A DNA stretch of 64,000 nt. Source: Mobula hypostoma. Its lineage: Eukaryota. The notes below the pieces were generated by a model. It worked only from the letters and a program-made list of their open reading frames with translations. It was not told the origin of the DNA and did no database searches. Each line of letters begins with the position of its first letter. Within the stretch, counting starts at the first letter, position 1. Location: contig NC_086108.1 in assembly GCF_963921235.1 (NCBI RefSeq), positions 67,706,001 through 67,770,000 on the forward strand. The letters run 5' to 3'. This document shows, piece after piece, positions 11,612 to 24,623 of this stretch. The translations under genes and the position numbers were made by a program.

Positions 11612-13655
11612 CATCTTCTGTTCTAAAGAAAGTCTCCCTCAGGTACATCATTTCTCTCCTACTAATATGATGACCAAAACTTTATGCAGATCTCAAACAG
11701 TGCTGTATGCAATTCCAGTATAACCTCACTGTTCTTGCAGAGTCACAGAAACAAATAGCTCAGATCACAGGGCCCATGAACTTTGGATTAACCATCAAGC
11801 CCTACCTGCATTAATCCTTTATTTTGCCCACAATCCCATCGGCTCTTCCAGGTTTCACCACTCATGCATACACTATAGGGAATTTACCAAGACCAATATG
11901 CACATATTTGGGCGTGAGAGAAAACACACAAGGTCACACAGAGAATGTGCAAAAACCACAAAGACACCATCAGAAGCCAGGTCAATGGCTTATGAGGCAG
12001 CAGTCTTAATAGATGGCCCAGTTACACTCTAGCTCATAAAGGATAGTATGTCTGATACCTTTTTAACCACCTTGTTGACCTGTTCTGCTTTCTTTAGGGA
12101 TCCATGCCCAATCAGTCCTACGTCTATTGCATTAAAATAACTTTCCACCTATTGTACACTCCTTTGCTTTGCAGCATCTCCTTAGATGCATTATACTATA
12201 TTTTTCTGAACTGAATTCTTTCTGCTATTTGTGTACCAAATGAATAGACCATCCATCTATCTATATCTGTAGAGCAAAGCTTTTCTCTTCAGTATCACTT
12301 ATCTGCCCAATTCGTCCATCATCTCCTAACTTCTCTAACATGCCCCCCCCCCACCATATTCAGGTCTAACTCATTATTATACTTCACTTAAAGCAAAGGA
12401 TGGAGGACTGAGCTTCAACCTGTTGGTTCACAAAGAGATTGTACTTCTGATTGCTACATAATACAAGTAATTTTATACCCAAAATTCCCTGAATTTCAGT
12501 TTGAGTTTGCATCCCATCCTCCAATCACCAAATCAAATGTCAGCGGACCTCGAGGTTAAAATGAATATCATAGGATGGCCAATTTGCATTTTATTTGGTA
12601 TGCAGCACAGAGGAATCTATGAAGGCATATTGCTCTTTAAGTTTGAGAATGTGTTTACTCAGTTGAGTATAACATTATCAACAAGATCACAGTTTTGAGC
12701 CTTGCAGCTGCCAGTCACTCAGAAAAAAATAATCCACAAAGAGGGATTAAGGAAGAAGGAAATCATCAGACTTTATTTCAAAACTATCAACTGTTCAAAT
12801 GGCTTATAGAACCATTACATCAAAAGCAACAGCAGCATAAAATGTAATAGAACAGATAAACACACGTCATTATGAAGCTCTGTAGCAGAATCTATCTATC
12901 CAGATATATTTCTGAAGATGTTACCTTTGGAAACAATTTAAATGAAGTAATTCAGACTATGACTTCTTTCTTCCTTTTACATAGGAAAATCATGGCCGGG
13001 CTTTAGTTATCAATTAATTTCCCTGTGCGCAGTGATACAGAGATGAGAAAGAAGCCTATGTGTGAATTCAAATTCATTGAAGCACATTTCTCTCCCTCCT
13101 CTAGACTCTTTTTAGCCTACAAACTTTAAAATCTGCAATATGTGAACCTTAGAGTTTCAAAACCATAGTTTTGACCACAGTTATGATTTAAGCTGAAAGT
13201 ACGTATTATCACATATATATTTCCTTTCTGATGATATCGGGACATATTTTACCACACTATCCCTTTCATAGCTGTTTATAAGATGGTTATGATGCCTGGG
13301 AGCAAAAATCTTCTTGATTTATTTGGTGTTCTTGAGCTTCAACTGATTGTTTATTGTTTTTTAAAGCTGTTTTCTTTGCTTTAAAGGTTTATGTGTTTGA
13401 AATAAGTTGATTTTATCTGCGGCAAAATCATGCATTATAAAAAGAAAAAAACTGCATTTAGTTTTATCAATATCAATGACTTCTAATGACCGCAGAGATC
13501 AATTAATCATTAGGTAAACTAAAGATACAAACTGACAACAGAAATTATATGTATGCTTCATACTGGAAGAAAGGTTATGTATCATAAAACTTAAATTTAG
13601 TTGGAGGAGAAAATGTACAGTAATTTTTATTTATTCTATTTGTATGATATACTTC

Positions 13656-14025
13656 AATTGAATTCAAGTTTAATTATCATTCAACTATACCTGAGGACCC
13701 ATGAACAGTTAAACAAGACAGCGTTATTATGAGGTCAAGGTGCTAAAACATATTACCAACGGTCACACACAAGAACACAATCAAGGAATAAGAGTCACAA
13801 TGCCCACCCCACCCCCACCCATCCACGACACCGCAACTTAATGCACAGTGCTCACACATACGAGTCAATAAAACTATATAGAATATGTCAAAAATACAAC
13901 AACCGGACTATGCATGTATATAGTCCAGACCCCCCAGTCCACCAAGATCACCTGTCGACTGACCCCAACATGCATAGCCCATCAGGTGATACCACGACTT
14001 TGAGACCTAGTCCTCCTCTATACAA
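13656..14025 (-). mobile_element. Truncated copy related to the 10843-11611 retroposon
   Basis: Shares TCAAGTTTAATTATCATTCAAC...AAACAAGACAGCGTT...GAGG(C/T)CAAGGTGC. Confidence 0.6.
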
Positions 14026-15685
14026 GCACATGCAGAGTATTAATGAAAGCACAACCACACAAATTGATATGTATGCTGGCTTATATACAATATATGATAG
14101 ATATTATGCTGATAAGTTAGGCAAAATTAGAAAGGTAGAAACCACTCATAATACGAAAGCATAAATGGGACTGGGAAAAGGGAGTAAAAAATAGTTGGAG
14201 TTAGTATCAAGACTAGAATGTTACATTGACGAAAAAAAGAAACTGAAAATGGAAGTTACACCAAACTCATATTATAAAGGTAAGATAAAATACAATGATT
14301 TTGCTTTGACAAACAATTAATATACTCCCAAAGTAAATCTACATTTATATACAGGTTATATGTCTGAATATGTAATCTAAACAAGAGAGAGAGGGAGAGA
14401 GTGAGTGCAAGTCTTCCTCCTTTGATCCAGTTAATGGTAGTAATCGTAAGTTATTTCGTGAAATTAACTAATCATCCCCCAGTGCAGAATGAAGAAATGT
14501 GGGATGGGAGAAAATAACACCTACAATTCTGAAGTGGGTGTTCATTTAAATTTAGATTTCCGTCACAACTTTTGTGCCATTTTTTTCTCATTTGGTACTG
14601 TGATTGTGTATTACAGAAAATTAGTCAGATCGGAGAGAACAGTCAGATTAATATATAATAAATTAGTTTGGCTGGGAGATGGGAACTAGAGTGATAGGAC
14701 TGAGGATGGGGCAGTTGGTACACAAGTAGGTGCAGTGTGTAGTGAGTCTGTAAGTAAGGATAGGCAGAGGATTGGGCAAAATTGCTGTGACTGGAATGAG
14801 TTGAAGTGTAACATGGGGGAAAGATCAAAAAGGGTGATGAATACAGGAATAAAGGTGTGCATTTGAATGCACACAGAATGCAGAATTAAGTAGACGATCT
14901 GGTAGCAGAGTTAGAGATTGGCAGATATGATGTGGGCATCACTGAGTCATGGCTGGAAGAAGATCACAGTTGGGACCTAAACATCCAAGGATACACGTCA
15001 TATCAGAAGGATAGGCAGGTAGACAGAGTGGGTGGCATTGCTGTGTTGAGAAAAACATGAAATCAAATCCTTTCATGGACGTGGTGGCATAGAATTGGAA
15101 TATGTAGGATCTTAATGGGTAGAGTTAAGAAATTGCAAGGGTAAAAAGACCCTGATGGGAGTTACATACAGGCCACCGAATAGTAGTTAAGATGTGGGGT
15201 ACAAATTGCAATGGGAAATAGAAAATACATGTCAAAAGAGCAATGTTGCAATAGTTAAGGGGGATTTCAATATGCAGGAAGATTGGGGAAATGAGGCTGG
15301 TATTAGATCCCAAGATGGGGCATTTGTAGAGTGCTTATGAGATGGCTTTTTAGAGCAGCTTTCCCACCAGAGGAAAGTCAATTCTAGATTGAGTGTTGTG
15401 TGATGAACCCGATTTGATTAGGGAACTCAGGGAACCCTTAGTAGGCAGTGATCACAATGTGATAGAATTCATCCTGCAGTTTGAGAGGGAGAGGCTAAAG
15501 TCAGAACTATCAGTATTACAGTGCAATAAAGGGCATTACAGATGCATGAGATAGGAGCTGGCCAAAGTTGATTGGAAGGGAACACTAGCAGGGATGATGG
15601 CAGAACAACAAGGGCTGGAATTTCTGAGAGCAATTTGGAAGCCCCAGGATAGATAAAAGAGGAAGAAATATTCTAAAGTGAGGAT

Positions 15686-16915
15686 AAGTCAAGTCAAGTC
15701 AAATTTATTGTCATTTAACTACAATCATGTATATAACATAAAATGTATATAGAAATGAGACAATGTTTCTCCAAACCAGGATGTAAAACACAGTAGTGCA
15801 CAAAACACAGAATGGCTTATGAAGGTAAGGACAAAATCTGCAGATGAATCACACATAAATAGCAAACTAAAGTGCATTAATATTAAATATTATAAGGTAT
15901 GGAACAGATTAACCAGTGACACTTTGAATACATTGCGATCGGGAGTTCAGAAGATAAATGACCTTTGGAAAGAAACTGTTTCGCATACTTATCATTCTTG
16001 TTTTTATGCATTGTAGTCTCCTGCCTGATGGTAGAAAGTCAAAGAGGATGCTGGACAGATGGGTGGGATACTTATTAATACCAAGGGCCTTGTGTATGCA
16101 GCACTCTTGATAAATGTCCCCAACGGATAGTAGGGAGACCCCTATGATCCTCTCAGCTGTTCTCACAGTCCTTTGTTGGGATTTCTGGTTCGATGCTTGA
16201 CAGCTTCCATGCCAGATGGAGATGCAACTTGTCAAGATGCTCCCAAAGGTGCTCCTGTAAAATGCAGTTAAGATTGGGGAAGGGGAGCCTTGCCTCCTCA
16301 ATCTTCTTAGGAAGTGGAGGGGCAGCTGTGCCTTCTTGTTCAGGGAGGTGATATTAAGCGACCAGGTGAGGTCATCCGTGATGTAAACTCCAAGAAACTT
16401 GCGTACTTAACGCTCTTTATGAAGGAGCCATGTATTTACAGGGGGGAATAGTTTGTCTGCATGTTCCAGAAGCCCACAATTATTTCCCTTGTCTTCTCCA
16501 CTTTCAGACTTAAGTGGTTGTTCTCCACTGATCCATCAGCCACTTCACTTCCTCTCTATACTCCATCTCGTTATCATTCTTCATAAGGGCAACCGCTGCT
16601 GTGTCATCCACAAACCTGATGACACAGTTTGAGCTGGATCCTGTGACACAATCATGTGTCAGCAGTGTGAACAGCAGTGGACTGAGCACACAGCCTTGAG
16701 GAGTGCAAATGCTCAGCGTTATGTGTTGAGAGACGTTGCTGCCCACATGGACTGACTCTGACCTTACTGTTAAGAAGTCTAGTATCCAATTGCAGAGGGA
16801 GGCATTGAGACACAGCGAGTACTGTTTCTCCACCACTTTCTGGGCTATGATGGTGTTGAATGCCGAACTGATCTATAAAAAGAAGTCGGGCAGATGAAAA
16901 CCCGTTTTCCAGGTG
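15686..16915 (-). mobile_element. Rex1/Babar LINE fragment nested in CR1
   Basis: [27 protein letters not shown] and LPSGRR motifs; (AAGTC)n tail. Confidence 0.92.
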
Positions 16916-17125
16916 AAACAACACAACTATAGTTGACAAGGGAAGTCAAAGACAACATAAAAGCAAAAGAGAGTGTATATTATACAGCAAAAATTCGTGA
17001 GAAGTTAGAAGACTGGGAAGTTTTAAGAACCAACAGAAGGAACTAAAAGCCATAAGGAGAGAGAGGATAAAATATGAAGTTAAGCCAGCCATAATATAAA
17101 AGTGGATACCTAAAGTTTTTTTCAT

Positions 17126-17690
17126 ATCAGAATCAGAATCAGGTTTATTATCACTGCCATGTGACGTGAAATTTGTTAACTTAGCAGCAGCAGTTCAATG
17201 CAATACATATTCTAGCAGAGAAAAACATAATAATATTTATAAATAAAATAAAAATAATAAACAAATAAATCAATTACATTTATTGAATAGATTTAAAAAA
17301 TGTTCAAAAACAGAAATACTGTATATTAAAAAAAGTGAGGTAGTGTCCAAGGGTTCAATGTCTATTTAGGAATCTGATGGCAGAGGGGAAGAAGCTGTTC
17401 CTGAATCGCAGAGTGTGAGCCTTCAGGCCTCTGCACCTCCTATCTGATGGTAACAGTGAGAAAAGGGCATGCCCTGGGTGCTGGAGGTCCTTAATAATGG
17501 ACGCTGTCTTTCTGAGACACTGCTCCTTAAAGATGTCCTGGGTACTTTGTAGGCTAGTGCCCAAGATGGAGCTGACTAGATTTACAACCCTCTGCAGCTT
17601 CTTTCGGTCCTGTGCAGTAGCCCCTCCATATCAGACAGTGATGCAGCCTATCGGAATGCTCTCCATGGTACAACTGTAGAAGTTTTTGAG
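17126..17690 (-). mobile_element. Rex1/Babar LINE 3' fragment nested in CR1
   Basis: HPGHALFSLLPSDRR...RFRNSFFPSAIRFLN; (ATCAGA)n tail. Confidence 0.92.
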
Positions 17691-17957
17691 TATATATGAA
17701 GAGTAAAAGAGAGGCAAGAGTGGATTTTGAACTGCTGGAAAATGACGCTTGAGAGGCAGTTATGGGGATGAACTTAATAAGTACTTTGCATCAGTCTTCA
17801 CTGTGGAAGACACTAGAGGAATGCTGATGACTAGTGGTGTTCCACAGGGGTCAGTGTTGGGACGCTTCTGTTCACATTATACTGTAGGTCAAAGATTTGA
17901 TTTGGATGAGAGAATTGATGGCTTTGAGGCCAAGTCTGCAGACAATACAATATAGGT

Positions 17958-18140
17958 AACACTCACAACATGCTGGAGGAACTCAGCAGGTTGGGCAGCA
18001 TCCGTGGAAAAGATCGGTTGACGTTTCGGGCCGGAACCCTTCGTCGAGCGATCTTTTCCACAGACGCTGCCCGACCTGCTGAGTTCCTCCAGCGTATTGT
18101 GAGTGTTGCTTTGACCCCAGCATCTGCAGATTATTTTGTG
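17958..18140. mobile_element. 183-bp palindromic Penelope-derived insertion
   Basis: Inverted arms 17958-18016 and 18049-18107; 14-bp TSD AATACAATATAGGT (17944-17957, 18141-18154); hammerhead-like sequence in the loop. Confidence 0.9.
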
Positions 18141-21100
18141 AATACAATATAGGTGCAGGGGCAGGTAGTGTTGAGGATGCAAGGAGTTTGCAATAATGCA
18201 AGGAAGTATGCCATCATACACTTTGGTAGAAAGAATAAAGGCATGTACTATTTTCTAAACTGGAAGCAAATTCAAAAATCAGAAGTGCAAAGGGACTTGG
18301 GAATCCTTGTGCAGGATTCTCTGCAGGTTGGGTCGGTGGTAAGGAAGGCAAACGCAATGTTAGCATTCACTTCAAGAGGACTAGAATAAAAAAGCAAAGA
18401 TGTAATTCTGAGGTCAGACTGCACTTAGAGTATTGTGAGCAGTTTTGGAGGAGGTTCATGTGAATGATTCTGAGAATAAAACGGTTAATGAATGAGGAGC
18501 ATTTGATGGCTCTTGGTATGTACTCGCTAGAGTTTAAAAGAATGAGGGGGATCTCAGTGAAACCAATCGTTTATTGAAAAGCTTAGGTAGAGTGGATGTG
18601 GAAGTCTACTTGTTTCTTTTTGTGGGGAAGTCTAGGACCAGAGGGCACAGCCTCAGAATACAGGGATGTCCCTTTAGCACAGAAATGAGGTGGAATGTTT
18701 TTTAGCTAGAGGGTAGTGAATCTATGGAATTCTTTGCCACAGATGGCTCCAGAGGCCAACTCATTGGGTATATTTCATATGGAGGTGGATAGGTTATAGA
18801 TTAGTCAGGGTGTTCCAGGATATGGGGAGAAGGCAGGAGAATGGGGTTGAGAGAATAATAAATCAGCCATGATGGAATGGCAGAACAGACTCAATGGACT
18901 GAATGGCCGAATTCTGCTTCTATATCTTATGGTCTTATGGGCTTAATATCACAATCATGGAGACTTTATAAAATGTGTGTTCTGAAAATCTTTATAAATG
19001 GAATCAATGCAATTTATTATAAACCTTTCAGAATACACCCAGCCAGGTTTCAAATAATCCCCATAAACAACACCAGAAAACTGAAGTCACATTCGTCGCT
19101 TAAGAGATTTTCAATTCTGATAATCGGGGTAATTTTTCTAGTTGTGGCTGCCATTCAATCTGCTTGCATGGCCTAGTATAAAGTCCTTGGGTAGAGAACC
19201 ACAGTTTAAATAGATGATATAAGACGTCATGCTCCCAGGCAGCAAAATTAGTCCTCACATAGTTTCAAATAAAATACAAGAATCTCAAGAACATTTTCTT
19301 ACTGATAGGTACATTTCTAGGAGCAAACTTAAGGATTATCAAGAGAAAGGAGGTTTGAGGAGAAAAATCATTTTTGTTGTAATTTTTGTGCAGAAATGGC
19401 TCCAGTATTACAAAAATAATATTTGTCTTTCTGTAAAGGAGTTACAGAGAGACAAGAAATATCACTGAATTGACTATTTTACCTAATTTCTACTCTATGT
19501 CCTCTTCATTTACAGACTTCCAAAGTAATCTCCTAATTCTTCCTTACCTAGGTTCATCTAGATCAGTGGCTCCCCAAGTTTGCCCCCCAACCCCCAGAAG
19601 CAGTGGAAGTTTATAAGGGGGCAGTGGGGGCTGCTCAGTAAGGGGGACAACTGAGGGATTACAGGCTTAATTTAGGAAATTAGTTATTATATAAGGATTT
19701 GATTACAAAGATCACATAGTCACCTCATCTCTTGCAAACCAACTGTTCTCATAGACTTTGCTCAAAGCACGTGATAGTCGTTAAAAAGCAATGTGACAGT
19801 TCTGCATTTGGTGTTTCATTAGAAATCTGGATTGAAAGAATTGATGTCATTATTGATGTTCAGTACTGTAGTACATTGTTAGCTGCTATGACTCATGCAT
19901 TGACATATTTCCTGTGAATTAGGGTATGGTCTTCAATGGGGTAAAGTTCAGAATCTGCCCTTTTGAATGGTATTAACAGCATTTCTCTCACCAACAGCCC
20001 AACCAAGATATTGCTGCCCCACTTTATGTACCTTCAGGCAGAGAGGTAGGTTTTGCCTAAGCTATTATGATGTCATAACTTTCCCCTTTATTGATCTTAA
20101 TACTTGAGGTTGGACTTAAATAATAGACGATTGACCATGGACATTAATCCAGAGTGAAAATAGTAGAAGCAGACCAAACAATAAAGAATTGAGGACAATA
20201 TAGTGTGGAGAATCTGAAATATAGACTTATAGATTTATACCAGTATCAAACAACTAACAGCAGGCAATATGTCTGCTGTGTGAAAAAGTTTTTGCAAATG
20301 AGGCAATGAAACTGTACAGGCTCCTTGAAGATTTGAGGAGAATCCATTCTGGTAAAGCAAACGCAATTTGGATTATTTTCAGTCACCTTGTGAAAAGTTT
20401 CAGAAATGGGAAATACTTCAAAACATGTTTGATTGTTTGCATGCTTAATACAACATTTCATTTCCCATATTTAAACCTGGGAAGTCCCACACAATTCAAG
20501 AAGAACTGGTTCTGCTGGCAATAAGGGAGGTTCTGAGTATGGATTTGCATAAATCATCAGACCAAATAATTAAAGCAATTCTGCTCAGTAATAACTCTGT
20601 TCAAAGATAAATAGAGGAAATGTCTGAGAATATGACGATGCATTGTGCAACATACTTAACACAGCAGAATTTGCTCTGCAATTGGATGAGTCAACTTTGC
20701 CAGGCAACAAATCTTAGCTTCTTGCTGATGTTTGCTTCATTAAAGATGAAAGCATGGTTCAAGAGCAGTTATTTTCCAGGAAACATATATGTATGGGTGT
20801 GGGTCAATATTTCAGGTTGCTGAACAATTTTTCAAAGAGAGACATTTCACTCACCAACATTTTTGCTGGTGCAACAGATGGGGAAATTATAAATGACAGG
20901 ATGGCACTGTGGGGTTATTACATTCTTGAAAAAAGCTGTATCCAACATACTTACCTTTCACTGTGTAATTCATAGACAACCTAAGTGATCGGCTGCACAA
21001 ATCATTAAATACTGTTATCACAGCAGTAAATAAAATCAAGTCCCATGCTCTCAATTTTCAACTATTTTGAGAGATTTGTATTGAGAATGATGAACAGTTT

Positions 21101-21616
21101 AATCACCTGCTGTTGTACACAGAAGTCAAATGGCTCTCAAAAGGAAACTGCCTGAAACGCTTTTATGTACTTTTGGAAACTGTGATAAAATTATTTGAGA
21201 CTTGAATGCTTCATTCAGCAATCAACTCAAGAATATTAGGCATGATATTGCCTATTTGTCAAAACTATTTGCAAAATTTAATGAAATCAATCTTCAATGG
21301 CAAGGAAATGATGTGAATTTATCAAAGTCAAATCAGTTGTCTCCACATTTCTATCCAAGTTAACCCTATTTAAGTACAACATTTGTCATCATGACCTTTT
21401 CCAATTTCCAAGCCTCTCCAAGTTGGAAGAGAAAGAAAGAATACCAGATGATGATCTTCAAATATACTGTGCCCACCTGGATGAGATGTATAAAAACAGG
21501 TCAGAGAGATTTCAGCGCAAACAACAGGAATTCTGCAGATGCTGGAAATTCAAGCAACACACATCAAAGTTGCTGGTGAACGCAGCAGGCCAGGCAGCAT
21601 CTGTAGGATGAGGTGC

Positions 21617-21652
21617 AGTCGACGTTTCAGGCCGAGACCCTTCGTCAGGACT
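21617..21652 (-). ncRNA. Minimal type-I hammerhead ribozyme motif
   Basis: Reverse complement reads AGTC-CTGACGA-AGGGTCTCGGCCT-GAAA-CGTC-GACT. Confidence 0.87.
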
Positions 21653-22632
21653 AACTGAAGGAAGAGTGAGTAAGGGATTTGAAAGTAGGAGGGGGAGGGG
21701 GAGATCCAAAATGATAGGAGAAGACAGGAGGGGGAGGGATAGAGCCAAGAGCTGGACAGGTGATAGGCAAAAGGGGATACGAGAGGATCATGGGACAGGA
21801 GGTCCGGGAAGAAAGACAAAGGGGGGGGGACCCAGAGGATGGGCAAGGGGTATATTCAGAGGGACAGACGGAGAAAAAGGAGAGTGAGAGAAAGAATGTG
21901 TGCATAAAAATAAGTAACAGATGGGGTACGGGGGGGAGGTGGGGCCTTAGCGGAAGTTAGAGAAGTCGATGTTCATGTCATCAGGTTGGAGGCTACCCAG
22001 ACGGAATATAAGGTGTTGTTCCTCCAACCTGAGTGTGGCTTCATCTTTACAGTAGAGGAGGCCATGGATAGACATGTCAGAATGGGAATGGGATGTGGAA
22101 TTAAAATGTGTGGCCACTGGGAGATCCTGCTTTCTCTAGCGGACAGAGCGTAGATGTTCAGCAAAGCGGTCTCCCAGTTTGCGTCAGGTCTCGCCAATAT
22201 ATAAAAGGCCACATTGGGAGCACCGGACGCACAGTATATCACCCCAGTCGACTCACAGGTGAAGTGTTGGCTCACCTGGAAGGACTGTTTGGGGCCCTGA
22301 ATGGTGGTAAGGGAGGAAGTGTAAGGGCATGTGTAGCACTTGTTCCGCTTACACGGATAAGTGCCAGGAGGGAGATCAGTGGGGAGGGATGGGGGGGATG
22401 AATGGACAAGGGAGTTGCATAGGGAGTGATCCCTGCGGAATGCAGAGAGAGGGAGGGAGGGAAAGATGTGCTTAGTGGTAGGATCCCGTTGGAGGTGGCG
22501 GAGGTTACGGAAAATAATATGTTGGACCCGGAGGCTGGTGGGGTGGTAGGTGAGGACCAGGGGAACCCTATTCCTAGTGGGGTGGCGGGAGGATGGAGTG
22601 AGAGCAGATGTATGTGAAATGGGGGAGATGCA

Positions 22633-24293
22633 TCCCACACCATCACCGACTTTATCCGCTCAGGGGATCTCCCATCCACTGCTACCAACCTTATAGTTCC
22701 CACACCCCGCACTTCCCGTTTCTACCTCCTACCCAAGATCCACAAACCTGCCTGTCCTGGCTGACCTATTGTCTCAGCTTGCTCCTGCCCCACCGAACTC
22801 GTTTCTGCATACCTCGACACGGTTTTATCACCCCCTTGTTCAATCCCTTCCAACCTATGTTCATGACACTTCTCACACTCTTAAACTTTTCGATGATTTT
22901 AAGTTCCCTGGCTCCAATTTTCACCATGGATGTCCAGTCCTTATATACTTCCATCCCCCATCAGGAAGGTCTCAAAGCTCTGCGCTTCTTTTTGGATTCC
23001 AGACCTAATCAGTTCCCCTCTACCACCACTCTGCTCCGTCTAGCGGAATTAGTCCTTACTCTTAATAATTTCTCCTTTGGCTCCTCCCACTTCCTCCAAA
23101 CTAAAGGTGTAGCTATGGGCACCCGTATGGGTCCTAGCTATGCCTGCCTTTTTGTTGGCTTTGTGGAACAATCTATGTTCTGTGCCTATTCTGGTATCTG
23201 TCCCCCACTTTTCCTTCACTACATCGACGACTGCATTGGCGCTGCTTCCTGCACGCATGCAGAACTCATTGACTTTATTAACTTTGCCTCCAACTTTCAC
23301 CCTGCCCTCAAGCTTACCTGGTCCATTTCCGACACCTCCCTTCCCTTTCTAGATCTTTCTGTCTCTGTCTCTGTCTCTGGAGATAGCTTATCCACTGATG
23401 TCTACTATAAGCCTACTGACTCTCACAGCTATCTGGACTATTCCTCTTCTCAGCCTGTCTCTTGCAAAAACGCCATCCCCTTCTCGCAATTCCTCCGTCT
23501 CCGCCGCATCTGCTCTCAGGATGAGGCTTTTCATTCTAGGACGAGGGAGATGTCTTCTTTTTTTAAAGAAAGGGGCTTCCCTTCCTCCACTATCAACTCT
23601 GCTCTTAAACGCATCTCCCCCATTTCACGTACATCTGCTCTCACTCCATCCTCCCGCCACCCCACTAGGAATAGGGTTCCCCTGGTCCTCACCTACCACC
23701 CCACCAGCCTCCGGGTCCAACATATTATTCTCCGTAACTTCCGCCACCTCCAACGGGATCCCACCACTAAGCACATCTTTCCCTCCCCTCCTCTCTCTGC
23801 ATTCCGCAGGGATCGCTCCCTACGCAACTCCCTTGTCCATTCGTCCCCCCCATCCCTCCCCACTGATCTCCCTCCTGGCACTTATCCATGTAAGCGGAAC
23901 AAGTGCTACACATGCCCTTACACTTCGTCCCTTACCACCATTCAGGGCCCCAAACAGTCCTTCCAGGTGAGGCAACACTTCACCTGTGAGTCGACTGGGG
24001 TGATATACTGCGTCCGGTGCTCCTGATGTGGCCTTTTATATATTGGCGAGACCTGACGCAGACTGGGAGACCGCTTTGCTGAACATCTACGCTCTGTCCA
24101 CCAGAGAAAGCAGGATCTCCCAGTGGCCACACATTTTAATTCCACATCCCATTCCCATTCTGATATGTCTATCCACGGCCTCCTCTACTGTAAAGATGAA
24201 GCCACACTCAGGTTGGAGGAACAACACCTTTTACTCCGTCTGGGTAGCCTCCAACCTGATGGCATGAACATTGACTTCTCTAACTTCCGCTAA
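22633..24293 (+). pseudogene. Penelope-like RT + GIY-YIG endonuclease (Cys-rich linker suggests the Neptune group)
   Basis: FTMDVQSLYTSIPH, GVAMGTRMGPSYA, YIDD, PCKRNKCYTC, VIYCVRCS*CGLLYIGET*; in-frame TGA at 24024 and 24054; natural stop at 24291-24293. Confidence 0.95.
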
Positions 24294-24587
24294 TGCCCTA
24301 CCTCCCCCTCGTACCCCATCTGTTACTTATTTTTATACACACATTCTTTCTCTCACTCTCCTTTTTCTCCCTCTGTCCCTCTGAATATACCTCTTGCCCA
24401 TCCTCTGGGTACCCCCCCCCCTTGTCTTTCTTCCCGGACCTCCTGTCCCATGATCCTCTCGTATCCCTTTTGCCTATCACCTGTCCAGCTCTTGGCTCTA
24501 TCCCTCCCCCTTCTGTCTTCTCCTATCATTTTGCATCTCCCCCTCCCCCTCCAACTTTCAAATCCCTTACTCACTCTTCCTTCAGTT

Positions 24588-24623
24588 AGTCCTGACGAAG
24601 GGTCTCAGCCTGAAACGTCGACT
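24588..24623 (+). ncRNA. Minimal type-I hammerhead ribozyme motif in Penelope 3' repeat
   Basis: AGTC-CTGACGA-AGGGTCTCAGCCT-GAAA-CGTC-GACT. Confidence 0.87.

Larger units (their letters stand above)
14650..18942 (+). mobile_element. Decayed CR1 LINE (APE endonuclease + RT) with three nested insertions and an internal deletion
   Basis: GITESWLE, YRPPNS, GDFN and GSDHN motifs (14930-15460); SGVPQGSVLG (17833); 3' tail TCTTATGGTCTTATGG. Confidence 0.9.

Noticed and set aside
21512..21960. Recurring short ORFs such as SPDEGSRPETSTAP / VLTKGLGLKRRL (also near 24450, 30168, 31866, 45796)
   Set aside because: These are translations of the hammerhead-containing non-coding repeat, not proteins.
22608..24026. 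472-aa ORF as a functional or domesticated gene
   Set aside because: Its start lies in the inverted arm, the first ~100 aa are off-frame, and the GIY-YIG domain is cut by TGA stops.
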